From a virus, in the IMG/VR virus record IMGVR_UViG_3300005613_000008, positions 63,324-127,323 of that record: 64,000 nt of DNA; one strand, written 5' to 3'. The notes beneath the pieces are model-generated. The model was not told the DNA's origin and ran no database searches. It was given only the letters and a program-made list of their open reading frames with translations. Of the stretch, positions 8,955 to 18,516 are shown piece by piece (the first letter of the stretch is position 1; each line of letters starts with the position of its first letter). The translations under genes and the position numbers were made by a program.

Positions 8955-9367
8955 TGCCTTACATGAAGAAAGGAAAGTGCGTCTACAAAAAAAACAAAGA
9001 CGGCTCACAAGGAAAAAAGGTTGGTTGTACCAAAGGTTCAGTTGATGACTATTTAAAAGCGTTGTATGCGAATGTAGATGACGCACTAAAAAAGGAAAAC
9101 AAAACTATGAAAATCAAGAAGTCAGAGCTAATCGCTCTAATTAAAGAAGAGATTATGTCCGAGATGGATGGTCTCACTATGATGGACGATCCATACGACG
9201 ACGATGATATGGATATGAAGCAGGAGGGTATGGAAAACATTACCCCCGAGAACATCGAAATTGTTGGACAGGCTATGGCTCAAATGGCTCCACTTATTGG
9301 TGCTATGTCTCTTCCAGTTCTTATTGGAATGATCTACGAGAAACTAAAAGAAATGGGTGCTAAATAA
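8954..9367 (+). CDS. Hypothetical protein; internal in-frame MKIKKSELIALIKEEI start at 9107
   Basis: K/C-rich N-terminal module followed by the motif with its own AAGGA SD. Confidence 0.65.
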   Translation: MPYMKKGKCVYKKNKDGSQGKKVGCTKGSVDDYLKALYANVDDALKKENKTMKIKKSELIALIKEEIMSEMDGLTMMDDPYDDDDMDMKQEGMENITPENIEIVGQAMAQMAPLIGAMSLPVLIGMIYEKLKEMGAK

Positions 9368-9567
9368 TGAGTGAAGAGACCAAACAAGCCCTGCTTGATA
9401 AAGGCGTAGAAAAGATTACTTCCCGCAAACTACTTGTGTGGATTGCTGCCACAGGTCTAATGCTGTGGGGCGGACTAGAATCAGGTGACTGGGTTATTAT
9501 CTCTGGTCTCTACCTTGGTGGTCAATCTGTGATTGACGCTATTGTAAAACTAAAAGGAATGGAATAA
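9367..9567 (+). CDS. Small membrane protein, holin-like
   Basis: 66 aa, SRKLL followed by two hydrophobic helices, charged C-terminus; lies next to spanin-like genes. Confidence 0.45.
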   Translation: MSEETKQALLDKGVEKITSRKLLVWIAATGLMLWGGLESGDWVIISGLYLGGQSVIDAIVKLKGME

Positions 9568-9569
9568 AA

Positions 9570-9857
9570 ATGAAAATTACCAAAACTTTTTTAAAAAAAA
9601 TCATTAAAGAAGAATTATCTTTCATAAAAGAGAATGATCCAATGTATGATCCTTTCGATGATGCGATCGTACCAGATGAAACCCAGCAAGCTGCTGTGCC
9701 TGATGAAGAATATGAATCAGTAATGGATAAAATTAGAGAACTAGAATCTGTTTCAAAAAGCCTAGGAACTGTGAAGATATCTTTCTTGAATACAGAATTA
9801 GATAAACTTCTTGATGAGCTATCAGAAATGGCAGATGTAATGCCTCGTCGTAGATGA
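9570..9857 (+). CDS. Small protein with MKITKTFLKKIIKEEL motif
   Basis: AGGA SD; shared N-terminal motif; acidic. Confidence 0.65.
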   Translation: MKITKTFLKKIIKEELSFIKENDPMYDPFDDAIVPDETQQAAVPDEEYESVMDKIRELESVSKSLGTVKISFLNTELDKLLDELSEMADVMPRRR

Positions 9858-10234
9858 AAGAAAAAATACTAGTTTTTTGTTTAAAACACTGGAAGGAGAT
9901 CGGGCTTGTCCTGCTCCTTCTTGTTGTTTTTGCAAAGGGACGATATGATATTCATAATATCGTTAAAGCAAATGAGATTTCCAGACAATCACTTGAAAAT
10001 CAAATTACAGAGCTTCAATCAATACATGAACAAGAAATACAACAAAGAGACGAAGCACTTGAGAGATTTAGAATAAGGAATGAGCAATTAGAAATGCGCT
10101 ATCAGGATGCTCTAATAGATTTAGCAAATGAGATTGACAAGCGAAAAAAAAATGTTATTAAAAGATATAGAGAAGACAAAGACTCTCTTCGCATTCAAAT
10201 AGAAAATACTTACGGATTTACTTATGTTCCTTAA
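9854..10234 (+). CDS. Inner-membrane spanin-like protein (N-terminal TM + coiled coil)
   Basis: IGLVLLLLVVFA transmembrane segment followed by about 90 aa of helical coiled coil. Confidence 0.45.
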   Translation: MKEKILVFCLKHWKEIGLVLLLLVVFAKGRYDIHNIVKANEISRQSLENQITELQSIHEQEIQQRDEALERFRIRNEQLEMRYQDALIDLANEIDKRKKNVIKRYREDKDSLRIQIENTYGFTYVP

Positions 10235-10631
10235 TATATTATTATTTACAACAGTTTCTTATGCTGGTTCTGAATTCACTTTTATAGATCAAGGAGAGCG
10301 TTCTCCAATTGAAGGAGTGGTGTTCAATCCAGAGGCTTTATCGGAGGTTCTTGTGACCCCAGAAAGACTTAAACAAGAGTGTGAAATTGAGTGGACGAGA
10401 ACTATAGAAAGAAAAGAAAATGAGTTTACACTAGAAATAGAAAAAGAAAAGATTCGTTACAACGCTCTCAATAAAAAGCACACCATAATGCTTATTGAAA
10501 AAGATACCGAGATTAATGAACTGCAAGAAATTGTAAAAAAGCAATCGCCAGCCTACAAGTGGATGTGGTTTGCGATTGGAATTGCAGCCGGTGGTGCTAC
10601 CTACTATGGAATAGAACAGGTCACACAATGA
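10224..10631 (+). CDS. Secreted/membrane coiled-coil protein (spanin partner-like)
   Basis: N-terminal signal-like segment, coiled coil and C-terminal hydrophobic WMWFAIGIAAGGATYYGI; overlaps the upstream gene; no lipobox Cys seen. Confidence 0.35.
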   Translation: MFLNILLFTTVSYAGSEFTFIDQGERSPIEGVVFNPEALSEVLVTPERLKQECEIEWTRTIERKENEFTLEIEKEKIRYNALNKKHTIMLIEKDTEINELQEIVKKQSPAYKWMWFAIGIAAGGATYYGIEQVTQ

Positions 10632-11176
10632 GGCATACAAATCTTCCTTTTCACATTTATGTTTGGGTAAATAATAAATATCTTGGACCTAAAATGCCAG
10701 AGGGCTACACTTATGCTTTATGGCATGGTATACATTCTAGAGAGGGGCAGATTCCTATGGCTCATGTTCTACTAGAAAGTGGTGCTCATTGGTCTGGCTT
10801 GCCGCTTCATGCAATGTCAAACTTTCACGGACCAGATACTTGGAAAGAAAAACCACATAACGATTTGATCCCTTGGACTGCTATGGGACCAAACATAGAA
10901 GCATGGCACGCAAAATATTTAGAAGGACTTGAAGTAGAACTATTCCGCCATGGATGGAGTGGGAGGCATACAGGCATAATAATCGACTGGATTGGTGGTT
11001 TTGATCGCTATCCGCAAGAACACAAACCTCTCAATCTTGTCTCTCTCGATGATGGTCAGTTTGCTCTACAACCAAACAACTATTGTAGATTTAGAGACGA
11101 TCATTTAATAGATGAAACTAAGTTTGAGCAAACAAAATTCTATCGCAGAGGCGAAGAGGTTTGGTGGGGACAATGA
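10628..11176 (+). CDS. Hypothetical protein
   Basis: ATGA-coupled start at 10628 (MRHTNLP) inside the tracked 10559 frame. Confidence 0.65.
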   Translation: MRHTNLPFHIYVWVNNKYLGPKMPEGYTYALWHGIHSREGQIPMAHVLLESGAHWSGLPLHAMSNFHGPDTWKEKPHNDLIPWTAMGPNIEAWHAKYLEGLEVELFRHGWSGRHTGIIIDWIGGFDRYPQEHKPLNLVSLDDGQFALQPNNYCRFRDDHLIDETKFEQTKFYRRGEEVWWGQ

Positions 11177-11553
11177 GTAAAGATCCAGATTACATTGTAA
11201 AAGTAGAACAAGCCATCGCACAGAAGTATGGCGAAGAAACAATCCAGAACCCCAAGGCAGAATGGGACGAGAACAAAGAGAAAGTTTATCTTGAACAGAT
11301 GAGAGAACTCTACAAAAAACAAAAGAAAAATGATGAAGCAAACGACAAAGTAGAACTAAATGGAATAAAGGTATCAAGAAAACTACTTAATAGAGAATCC
11401 AAGACAGGATGTCCTGTTTGTGGTGCCTTCTCACATTCTACCCGTGATGATGTCTCACTCGTAAAGTTTAACTGCTGTTACAAGTGCTACATCAAATGGG
11501 TTGAGGGAAGAGAAAAACGTTGGAAAGAAGGATGGCGACCAAATGAAAGCTGA
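11173..11553 (+). CDS. Hypothetical protein with C-terminal Zn-finger (CPVC...CCYKC)
   Basis: ATGA-coupled start (MSKDPD); four-Cys pattern. Confidence 0.65.
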   Translation: MSKDPDYIVKVEQAIAQKYGEETIQNPKAEWDENKEKVYLEQMRELYKKQKKNDEANDKVELNGIKVSRKLLNRESKTGCPVCGAFSHSTRDDVSLVKFNCCYKCYIKWVEGREKRWKEGWRPNES

Positions 11554-12076
11554 AGAATTGAGAGCATTAATCAGAGAAGTGCTTAAAGAGCAAGACGACA
11601 AGATGACCTTAAAGTCTGGTTCAAAGACGCCACAGGCACTTAAAGCTGAAATCTTAGAGACTATCAAGAACATTGATGTGGAAAAAATTAAATCACAAGA
11701 GCTAATGTTCTTAAATCAGATGATTGGTAAAATGTTTGAAATGGCTGCAACCGGAGATCTCGTTAGAGGTCGTCAGGCAATCCAGCGTGCTTTTGGGGTA
11801 ATGTCTAAAGGCGTACCAAAAGAGGAGCCACAACAAACAAGTGAGGGTTATGAGCCGCCCATGATGCATGGTGGCATCGATGACGATGACCATGAAGTCC
11901 AAATGGCTATGTCTGATCTTCATAAACTAGAAAAGTACGCCCCAGAAGTGTCACAACTTGCTTCGCAATACTCTGACCTACCCGGCTGGGTTCAATCAAA
12001 AATTACTCTTGCTGCCGACTATTTAGGTAAAGTTTACCACTATTTAGATGGCAAGCACAATAAAGGAATGGAATAA
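11543..12076 (+). CDS. Hypothetical, putative head-internal protein
   Basis: Starts MKAEELRALIREVLKEQ (motif-like); C-terminal helical module HEVQMA...LPGWVQSKITLAADYL. Confidence 0.65.
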   Translation: MKAEELRALIREVLKEQDDKMTLKSGSKTPQALKAEILETIKNIDVEKIKSQELMFLNQMIGKMFEMAATGDLVRGRQAIQRAFGVMSKGVPKEEPQQTSEGYEPPMMHGGIDDDDHEVQMAMSDLHKLEKYAPEVSQLASQYSDLPGWVQSKITLAADYLGKVYHYLDGKHNKGME

Positions 12077-12624
12077 TGGCAACAGTTTACGAAATCGTTC
12101 AGGCTCTATCACAAGCCGCAGCAAATGCTTACGACGGCGCACACGACGCAGACGGTGAAGCAATCAAAGCAGGTCTTCAGCGCGAAGAAGGCAATCCACT
12201 AATCGACAAACGTGTTATGGACGGATTCGGTGTTAAGTTCCACGGCAACATGATGCGCCTATCTTACCAGTCTGAGGTGCAACTCAAAGAAGTTTACGCC
12301 AATGGATTCGAGGCTGACGTAGAGCAGCGCATGGCGGACATTGTTACTTTCCTCAAGAAAGAAGCACGCAAGTTAGGTGCTGGCTCTGTTTCTCTAACCA
12401 AGGAAGGCGAGATCGACATTCGCGTTGAGAACTCTTCTCGCGTTCGCTCTTGGGTCACTGCTTGCATGGACTACAAGATTGGCGGCATGGAAGAGGTTGC
12501 TGTCGTTGGCGAAGCCACAGAAGACAAACTTGCTGCTGGCTGGGAAGCATTTATGAAGCAGGGCGGTCTTGGTAAGCGTCCACCCAACGATAAGAGACCA
12601 GCAAACTCTGGCAAGAAAGAATAA
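12076..12624 (+). CDS. Hypothetical protein upstream of terminase
   Basis: 182-aa ORF with AAGGA SD and TAATG coupling; codon use resembles the highly expressed genes. Confidence 0.7.
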   Translation: MATVYEIVQALSQAAANAYDGAHDADGEAIKAGLQREEGNPLIDKRVMDGFGVKFHGNMMRLSYQSEVQLKEVYANGFEADVEQRMADIVTFLKKEARKLGAGSVSLTKEGEIDIRVENSSRVRSWVTACMDYKIGGMEEVAVVGEATEDKLAAGWEAFMKQGGLGKRPPNDKRPANSGKKE

Positions 12625-12634
12625 AGAAAGATGA

Positions 12635-14215
12635 ATGCCAAGATTAACGAAAAAAGAAATTCTCAAAGAAGTCGTTAAGTGCGGTAAGGAACCTTCTTAT
12701 TTCCTAAAAAACTATGCCCGTATATCTCACCCGATGCACGGGCTTATGTTATTTAAGACATTTGATTATCAGGATCGGCTGCTAGAAGATTTCAACAACT
12801 ACCGCTTTAATATTATCAACAAAGGTCGTCAGCTAGGTATTTCAACGGTTACCGCTGGCTACATTGTTTGGATGATGCTGTTTCATCGTGATAAGACCAT
12901 TCTTGTTATGGCAACTAAGTTTGAAACAGCAGGTAACTTGGTCCGAAAAGTTAAAAATATTATGAAGAACCTTCCTGATTGGATCAGGATTGCAAATATT
13001 ACAACAGACAACCGCACGTCTTTTGAGTTGTCTAATGGTTCTTCTATCAAGGCTGCCTCTACCTCTGGTGATGCTGGTCGTTCCGAGGCACTATCACTTC
13101 TTGTTCTTGACGAGGCTGCTCACATTGAGGGTCTCGACGATCTATGGACTGGTCTCTATCCGACACTATCTACTGGTGGTCGCTGCATCGCCATCTCCAC
13201 ACCAAATGGTGTTGGTAACTGGTTCCACAAAACCTGCGCAGGTGCTGAGAACGGAGAAAATAATTTCAATCTCACAACGCTTATGTGGTGGGTCCACCCA
13301 GAAAGAGATGAAGAATGGTTTAAGAAAGAAACCAAGAACATGTCCAGAAGACAGATCGCACAGGAGTTGGAATGTAACTTCAATACTTCAGGCGAAACTG
13401 TTATTGATCCAGAGAACATGGAATGGATCATGGCTAATGTCAAAGAACCAAAGCATAAAACAGGCTTTGATAGAAACTTTTGGATCTGGGAAGAGTATGA
13501 CCCAAGCTGCAATTATCTTATGGCGGCAGATGTAGCCAGAGGCGACGGCGCTGATAGTTCTACATTCCACATTCTAAAACTTGAAACAATGGAAATCATT
13601 GGCGAATACATGGGCAAGCCAACACCCGACCTTTATGCGAACATGTTAAATCAGGTCGGCAGAGAATTTGGTAACGCTATGCTCGTTGTAGAAAATAATT
13701 CTATTGGCTATACCGTTATAGATAAATTGATAGAATATGGATATCCTAATCTTTATTATTCAATCAAATCTACACACGAATACATTGACCAGCACCTTGG
13801 GGAACACAAGTCCGGTGCTATTGCAGGTTTCTCAACCACAAGCAAGACTAGACCTCTCATCGTAGCCAAGCTAGAAGAGTTTATGAGAAACAAACTAGTT
13901 AAGACGTATTCTTCACGTTTAGCAAACGAGTTCCGCACTTTTATTTGGTATAACGGGAAGCCACAAGCCATGAGAGGCTACAACGATGACTTGGTGATGG
14001 CTCTTGCAATTTGTTGTTGGGTTAGGGACACTGCCCTCCAGTCAAACGCCCGAGACCTTAACTACCAAAAAGCATTTGTTGATGCCATTATGACTTCGAG
14101 GACAACCCTGAACACACAGATAAAAGGACAAATTGGCTACACAGGCGAAGACAATACAAGTAAAATGAACGAAGCAAAAAATCTATATTCCCAATATATG
14201 TGGATAATCAAGTGA
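12635..14215 (+). CDS. terL: Terminase large subunit (T4 gp17-like)
   Basis: NKGRQLGIST (Walker A region), LVLDEAAH (Walker B), ISTPNG coupling motif, nuclease AADVARG and NDDLVMA. Confidence 0.93.
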   Translation: MPRLTKKEILKEVVKCGKEPSYFLKNYARISHPMHGLMLFKTFDYQDRLLEDFNNYRFNIINKGRQLGISTVTAGYIVWMMLFHRDKTILVMATKFETAGNLVRKVKNIMKNLPDWIRIANITTDNRTSFELSNGSSIKAASTSGDAGRSEALSLLVLDEAAHIEGLDDLWTGLYPTLSTGGRCIAISTPNGVGNWFHKTCAGAENGENNFNLTTLMWWVHPERDEEWFKKETKNMSRRQIAQELECNFNTSGETVIDPENMEWIMANVKEPKHKTGFDRNFWIWEEYDPSCNYLMAADVARGDGADSSTFHILKLETMEIIGEYMGKPTPDLYANMLNQVGREFGNAMLVVENNSIGYTVIDKLIEYGYPNLYYSIKSTHEYIDQHLGEHKSGAIAGFSTTSKTRPLIVAKLEEFMRNKLVKTYSSRLANEFRTFIWYNGKPQAMRGYNDDLVMALAICCWVRDTALQSNARDLNYQKAFVDAIMTSRTTLNTQIKGQIGYTGEDNTSKMNEAKNLYSQYMWIIK

Positions 14216-14223
14216 GAAATTAA

Positions 14224-16221
14224 ATGGCACCCCAGAACCCAAAACAAGGACAGAACCCGGCAAATAGAGATTCTCAATTATTTAGATCTCTTACGCGCTT
14301 ATTCTCTGGACCTATCATTAACTATCGTTCCGAATCTGGTCGCAAGATTCGCAGACAACATCTTGACAAATATTCTACAAGATTCAAGTCAGCATCAGGG
14401 CAGCAGTTTAAGAAGCAGTCTTATAACCCATTAGACACAATCGCTGCCAATGCTATTGCAAATCAACGCCGCTCTGAACGTTATATCGATTTCGATCAGA
14501 TGGAATACATGCCAGAGTTGGCTTCTGCTCTTGACATTTACGCAGACGAAATGACCACATTCTCTGCTCTTTCTCCGATGCTAAACATCAAGTGCCGCAA
14601 CGATGAAATTAAAGCTGTTCTTAATATTCTTTACCACAACATTATGAATGTAGAGCACAATCTCTTTGGTTGGTGCCGCACAATGTGCAAGTATGGTGAC
14701 TTCATTCTTTATCTCGACATCGATGACGAGATTGGGATTAAATCCACGATTGCCCTTCCCCTACAAGAAGTCGAGAGACTAGAAGGTCTTGACGCTACAA
14801 ACCCTAACTATGTTCAGTATCAGTGGAACTCGGCAGGAATGACCTTTGAAAATTGGCAGGTCGCCCATTTCCGCATTCTTGGTAATGACAAATACTCACC
14901 CTATGGAACCTCTGTTCTAGAACCAGCCCGCCGCATTTGGCGTCAATTGACCCTAATGGAAGACGCCATGATGGCTTATCGCATCGTTCGCTCTTCTGAA
15001 CGCAAAGTGTTCAAGATTGATGTTGGTGCCATTCCTCCACAAGAGGTAGAGCAATACATGCAAAAGATCGTTACTCAGCTAAAGAGGCATACTATTGTTG
15101 ATAAAGATACAGGACGCATCGATCTTCGCTACAACCCTCTATCAATCGAAGAAGACTACTATATTCCGATTCGTGCTGGTTCTGTGACCGATATTCAATC
15201 ACTCGCTGGTGGTCAGAACACAACGCAGATTGACGACATCAAATATCTCCGCGACAAAATGTTCTCTGCTATCAAGATTCCACAAGCTTATCTTACAATG
15301 GGCGACGGAGCACAAGAAGATAAAACAACACTAGCAACCAAAGACATTCGTTTTGCTCGCACCATTCAGCGCCTACAGCGTTCTGTTATTCACGAACTAG
15401 AAAAGGTTGGCATTATCCACCTTTACACGCTTGGCTACAGAGGCGAAGATCTTATGAACTTCAAGCTTGCTCTCAACAATCCAAGCAAGATTGCAGAACT
15501 ACAAGAACTGGAGCACTGGAAGACAAAATTTGACATTGCTGCGGCAGCCACAGAGGGTTACTTCTCGCGTCGTTGGGTTGCCGACAATATCTTTGGTATG
15601 TCTCACGAAGAGTTCCTACGCAACCAGCGCGAGATGTTCTACGACCGCAAGCACGACACTGCCCTCGAAGGCGTTGCTGAGGCTGTCGCTGCTGGTGGCG
15701 GTGGTGAAGGTGGTGGAGGCGGTCTTGATCTTGGCGGCGACGGCGGCGGCTTAGATTTAGGTGGTGAAGAAGAAGGAGGACTCGATCTGGGTGGTGAAGA
15801 AGCCGGCGGCGAAGAAGCAGGCGGCGAAGAAGAGTCTGCACTCCTAGCGGCACCTCCCGGCTCTCGTCCCTCACCGCGTCTAGCACCTTCTCTTGGCAAG
15901 CGTGCGAGATCAGGTAAAAAATATCTAACTAAGGGCTCCAAAGGCAAAGTCTATCAAAAAGTAGCAACTGATAAACGACCCGCTGGAGCTAGAACAAGAA
16001 ACTATAACAGTGTTCCAACACCAGAAATGAATACTTATAGAACCAACAACCTCGGCGCTTCTGAACTAAGATCGTTAGCTAGAGGCATTTATGAGGAACA
16101 AGATCCTATTTACCTCAGAGAACAGGAAGAGGAAACCTCTCTTCTTGAAGTAAACAACTCAGTCAAGTTCCTGATTGAATCTTTAGAAAACAAGGTTATG
16201 GAGACCGACAATGAAGAATAA
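14224..16221 (+). CDS. Portal protein (T4 gp20-like) with Gly/Glu-rich C-terminal extension
   Basis: ALDIYADE, SPYGTSVLEPARRIWRQL.LMEDAMMAYRIVR..ERKVFKIDVG, EEDYYIP, KIPQAYL, RFARTIQRLQ. Confidence 0.92.
   Translation: MAPQNPKQGQNPANRDSQLFRSLTRLFSGPIINYRSESGRKIRRQHLDKYSTRFKSASGQQFKKQSYNPLDTIAANAIANQRRSERYIDFDQMEYMPELASALDIYADEMTTFSALSPMLNIKCRNDEIKAVLNILYHNIMNVEHNLFGWCRTMCKYGDFILYLDIDDEIGIKSTIALPLQEVERLEGLDATNPNYVQYQWNSAGMTFENWQVAHFRILGNDKYSPYGTSVLEPARRIWRQLTLMEDAMMAYRIVRSSERKVFKIDVGAIPPQEVEQYMQKIVTQLKRHTIVDKDTGRIDLRYNPLSIEEDYYIPIRAGSVTDIQSLAGGQNTTQIDDIKYLRDKMFSAIKIPQAYLTMGDGAQEDKTTLATKDIRFARTIQRLQRSVIHELEKVGIIHLYTLGYRGEDLMNFKLALNNPSKIAELQELEHWKTKFDIAAAATEGYFSRRWVADNIFGMSHEEFLRNQREMFYDRKHDTALEGVAEAVAAGGGGEGGGGGLDLGGDGGGLDLGGEEEGGLDLGGEEAGGEEAGGEEESALLAAPPGSRPSPRLAPSLGKRARSGKKYLTKGSKGKVYQKVATDKRPAGARTRNYNSVPTPEMNTYRTNNLGASELRSLARGIYEEQDPIYLREQEEETSLLEVNNSVKFLIESLENKVMETDNEE
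15691..15837 (+). repeat. Low-complexity GGG-LDLGG-EE repeats in the portal tail
   Basis: GGGGEGGGGGLDLGGDGGGLDLGGEEEGGLDLGGEEAGGEEAGGEEES. Confidence 0.85.
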
Positions 16222-17041
16222 GCATAATAAGAAGAGAAACACAGCTTTCGTTTTTGAAGCTCTCGCCCGCGAAGCAACAACTGCGATCATCAAAGGAAAT
16301 CAGGAGCGAAAAGTAAAAGTTGTCTCAATTATTCGTAAACACTTTACCGGTGATTCTCTTCTAAAGAAAGATCTTGAGTGCTATCGCTCACTTTATGAAA
16401 ATCAGAATCTTGATGAGAACACAAGTCATAAGATTCTTGAAGCAGTAATGGCAGCAAAGCGTCTCATTGATCCTGATGGTCTTTTCAAGCAACAGACTGA
16501 AGTTATCAACGATATCAACAAAGAACTATCCCCTGCTACTTTCAACAACTTTGTTCCAAACTACAAATCTCTTGCTACCATTGCAAAGATGTTCAATACA
16601 AATTCACCAAAACAGAGGGTAATGCTTGAGTCAAAGATCGTTGAAGGAATGGTTGGAAAACTAGAAGAGCAGACCCTAGAGCCGATTGACTCACTTACTT
16701 TTGTAACCTTCACCAAGAAGTTCAACGAGAAATACAACGGTTCTTTACTCCGAGAACAAAAAGAACTACTAAACCATTACATTTCTTCTTTTTCTCACGA
16801 CGAACTTGAGACCAAGATTTATCTCAATAGAGAACTCGGCAGACTAAAGCTATCTCTATCAGAGGCAGTCAAGGTAGAAGAGATCGCTAATGATCCAGAA
16901 ATGATCCGCAAGACAACAGCCGTCAAGGAACGTCTTGAAGATTTATCTAGCGAGACAACACTAAATGAATCAACCCTGCTGACTATTCTAAAGACACAGG
17001 AACTTGTAAAGGAAATCTACGACGATGGCAGTAACAGTTAG
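16211..17041 (+). CDS. Helical hypothetical protein of the head module
   Basis: 276-aa ORF (KHNKKRNTAFVFEAL) overlapping the portal stop. Confidence 0.7.
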   Translation: MKNKHNKKRNTAFVFEALAREATTAIIKGNQERKVKVVSIIRKHFTGDSLLKKDLECYRSLYENQNLDENTSHKILEAVMAAKRLIDPDGLFKQQTEVINDINKELSPATFNNFVPNYKSLATIAKMFNTNSPKQRVMLESKIVEGMVGKLEEQTLEPIDSLTFVTFTKKFNEKYNGSLLREQKELLNHYISSFSHDELETKIYLNRELGRLKLSLSEAVKVEEIANDPEMIRKTTAVKERLEDLSSETTLNESTLLTILKTQELVKEIYDDGSNS

Positions 17042-17597
17042 GATTGTTCCAATCCCAGAGCCGGTCAAGGTTACAATCAAGCCAAAGACCCCGCCCCCTA
17101 CCGTAACTTTAGAATTAAACATTCGTAAATCTCTAAGCGGAGATCTAATGATCTTTGACCACGGCGACATCGACATTGTTTTATCTGGAAAGGACAAGAA
17201 GATAACTGCGTTCCCTAAGCAGACTCAGACTGACTTTACCTACGGCGCACAAAATCGCCTATTCAACCATCTTGCTAGAAAAGGCATCATAATCCCTGAG
17301 TCTATTCAGGGCGGCTCTTTCTACGGCGCTATGGAGGCAACCCTACAAGAAGCAGCAGACGGTAAGTTAAATGCTGCCAAATTTGCGCTTGTGAGCATTG
17401 AAAAATTCATTAAAGAAGAGAAGCCCTACTACGAAAATGTAGAAGCAGTTGTTGCTGGTGTTAAGGACGAATATACTGATCCTGATAAGACCGACTCTAC
17501 CGAACTAGGCGAAGTTCCTCACCACGATGAACAAGGCTCTATCCGTAAGGGTTACATTCGAGATCCTTACACTTTCTCATATATGTACACTATATAG
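17025..17597 (+). CDS. Hypothetical protein, head module
   Basis: 190-aa ORF in the same operon. Confidence 0.7.
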   Translation: MAVTVRIVPIPEPVKVTIKPKTPPPTVTLELNIRKSLSGDLMIFDHGDIDIVLSGKDKKITAFPKQTQTDFTYGAQNRLFNHLARKGIIIPESIQGGSFYGAMEATLQEAADGKLNAAKFALVSIEKFIKEEKPYYENVEAVVAGVKDEYTDPDKTDSTELGEVPHHDEQGSIRKGYIRDPYTFSYMYTI

Positions 17598-17606
17598 GAG
17601 CCTGCT

Positions 17607-18065
17607 ATGTCTAACAACATGAAAGTCATAATGGAGCGTTGGGATAGATACGTTCTCGAAGAAGCGCCCTTAGAGACAGTTGGAGATCTTAGAAAATTAA
17701 TCAAGACCCACCGAGCTATGGAAGCAGGACTAGAGCTAGGAAAGAAAGCAGCGGAAGCAGTAATAGAGCAGATACCAGTTGTTAGTAGCATTTTCTCTCT
17801 TTGGAAGGGTGTGAAAGATGCTAAAGAAATTATTGGAAAACTGTATGGTGCTGAAGATTCTTTTAAATCAGCAACTGGACTAGACAAGCTAAACGTTGAT
17901 GACGAAGTTTCCAAGATTGTTGATGATCCCATCGAGGTTGCTTTTATTAATGATCTTTTAAAAGCAATAGAAAACATGGATGATCTATCCCCAATCCCAG
18001 ACATAAACGCTGAACTTCAGAAATACTTAGCAAATAAATTCAACTCATATCAGGTAAAGAAATGA
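17607..18065 (+). CDS. Hypothetical protein with MKVIMERWDRYVLEE N-terminal motif
   Basis: AGGAG SD; the N-terminus resembles that of the 59138 ORF. Confidence 0.7.
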   Translation: MSNNMKVIMERWDRYVLEEAPLETVGDLRKLIKTHRAMEAGLELGKKAAEAVIEQIPVVSSIFSLWKGVKDAKEIIGKLYGAEDSFKSATGLDKLNVDDEVSKIVDDPIEVAFINDLLKAIENMDDLSPIPDINAELQKYLANKFNSYQVKK

Positions 18066-18406
18066 TGGAACTTCTACTATTCGTCCTTATAGCCTACGGA
18101 CTAACACAAATTTTAGTCTATAGCGATATGCCTATACTAAAAAAACTACGCCCTCAGAAGGACTCCTACAAGGGCTACGGCAAAGTGTTTCACTGCCCTA
18201 TGTGCATGGGATTTCACGTCGGATGGTTTTTGGTCCTGCTTTCTCCTTGGACCGAACTATTTACGTTTGACACAACAATTGTCAATGCTTTTATGCTTGG
18301 TTGTCTCTCATCAGCAACATCCTATGTTCTCAACATGGCATTTTCGGATGAAGGAATCATGATAAAGCATAACTACAAACACGATAACTTTATGGGAGAA
18401 GAGTGA
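18062..18406 (+). CDS. Small multi-TM protein with CxxC (DUF1360-like)
   Basis: Hydrophobic helices and VFHCPMCMGFHVGW. Confidence 0.55.
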   Translation: MMELLLFVLIAYGLTQILVYSDMPILKKLRPQKDSYKGYGKVFHCPMCMGFHVGWFLVLLSPWTELFTFDTTIVNAFMLGCLSSATSYVLNMAFSDEGIMIKHNYKHDNFMGEE

Positions 18407-18471
18407 TGAACAACTACCTAATCAGTAAGTGGGGCTTACAGCCCGTTCGTCGTTGCTGTAAAGGCTCCTAG
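18406..18471 (+). CDS. 21-aa micro-ORF MNNYLISKWGLQPVRRCCKGS
   Basis: TGATG overlap and GGAG SD, followed immediately by a terminator-like hairpin. Confidence 0.45.
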   Translation: MNNYLISKWGLQPVRRCCKGS

Positions 18472-18476
18472 CTCGC

Positions 18477-18496
18477 GCGGGTAACGCCCGCTTTTT
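18477..18496 (+). terminator. Short intrinsic terminator
   Basis: GCGGG-taacg-CCCGC followed by TTTTT. Confidence 0.5.
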
Positions 18497-18516
18497 ACTT
18501 TTGAGAGAACATTAAA

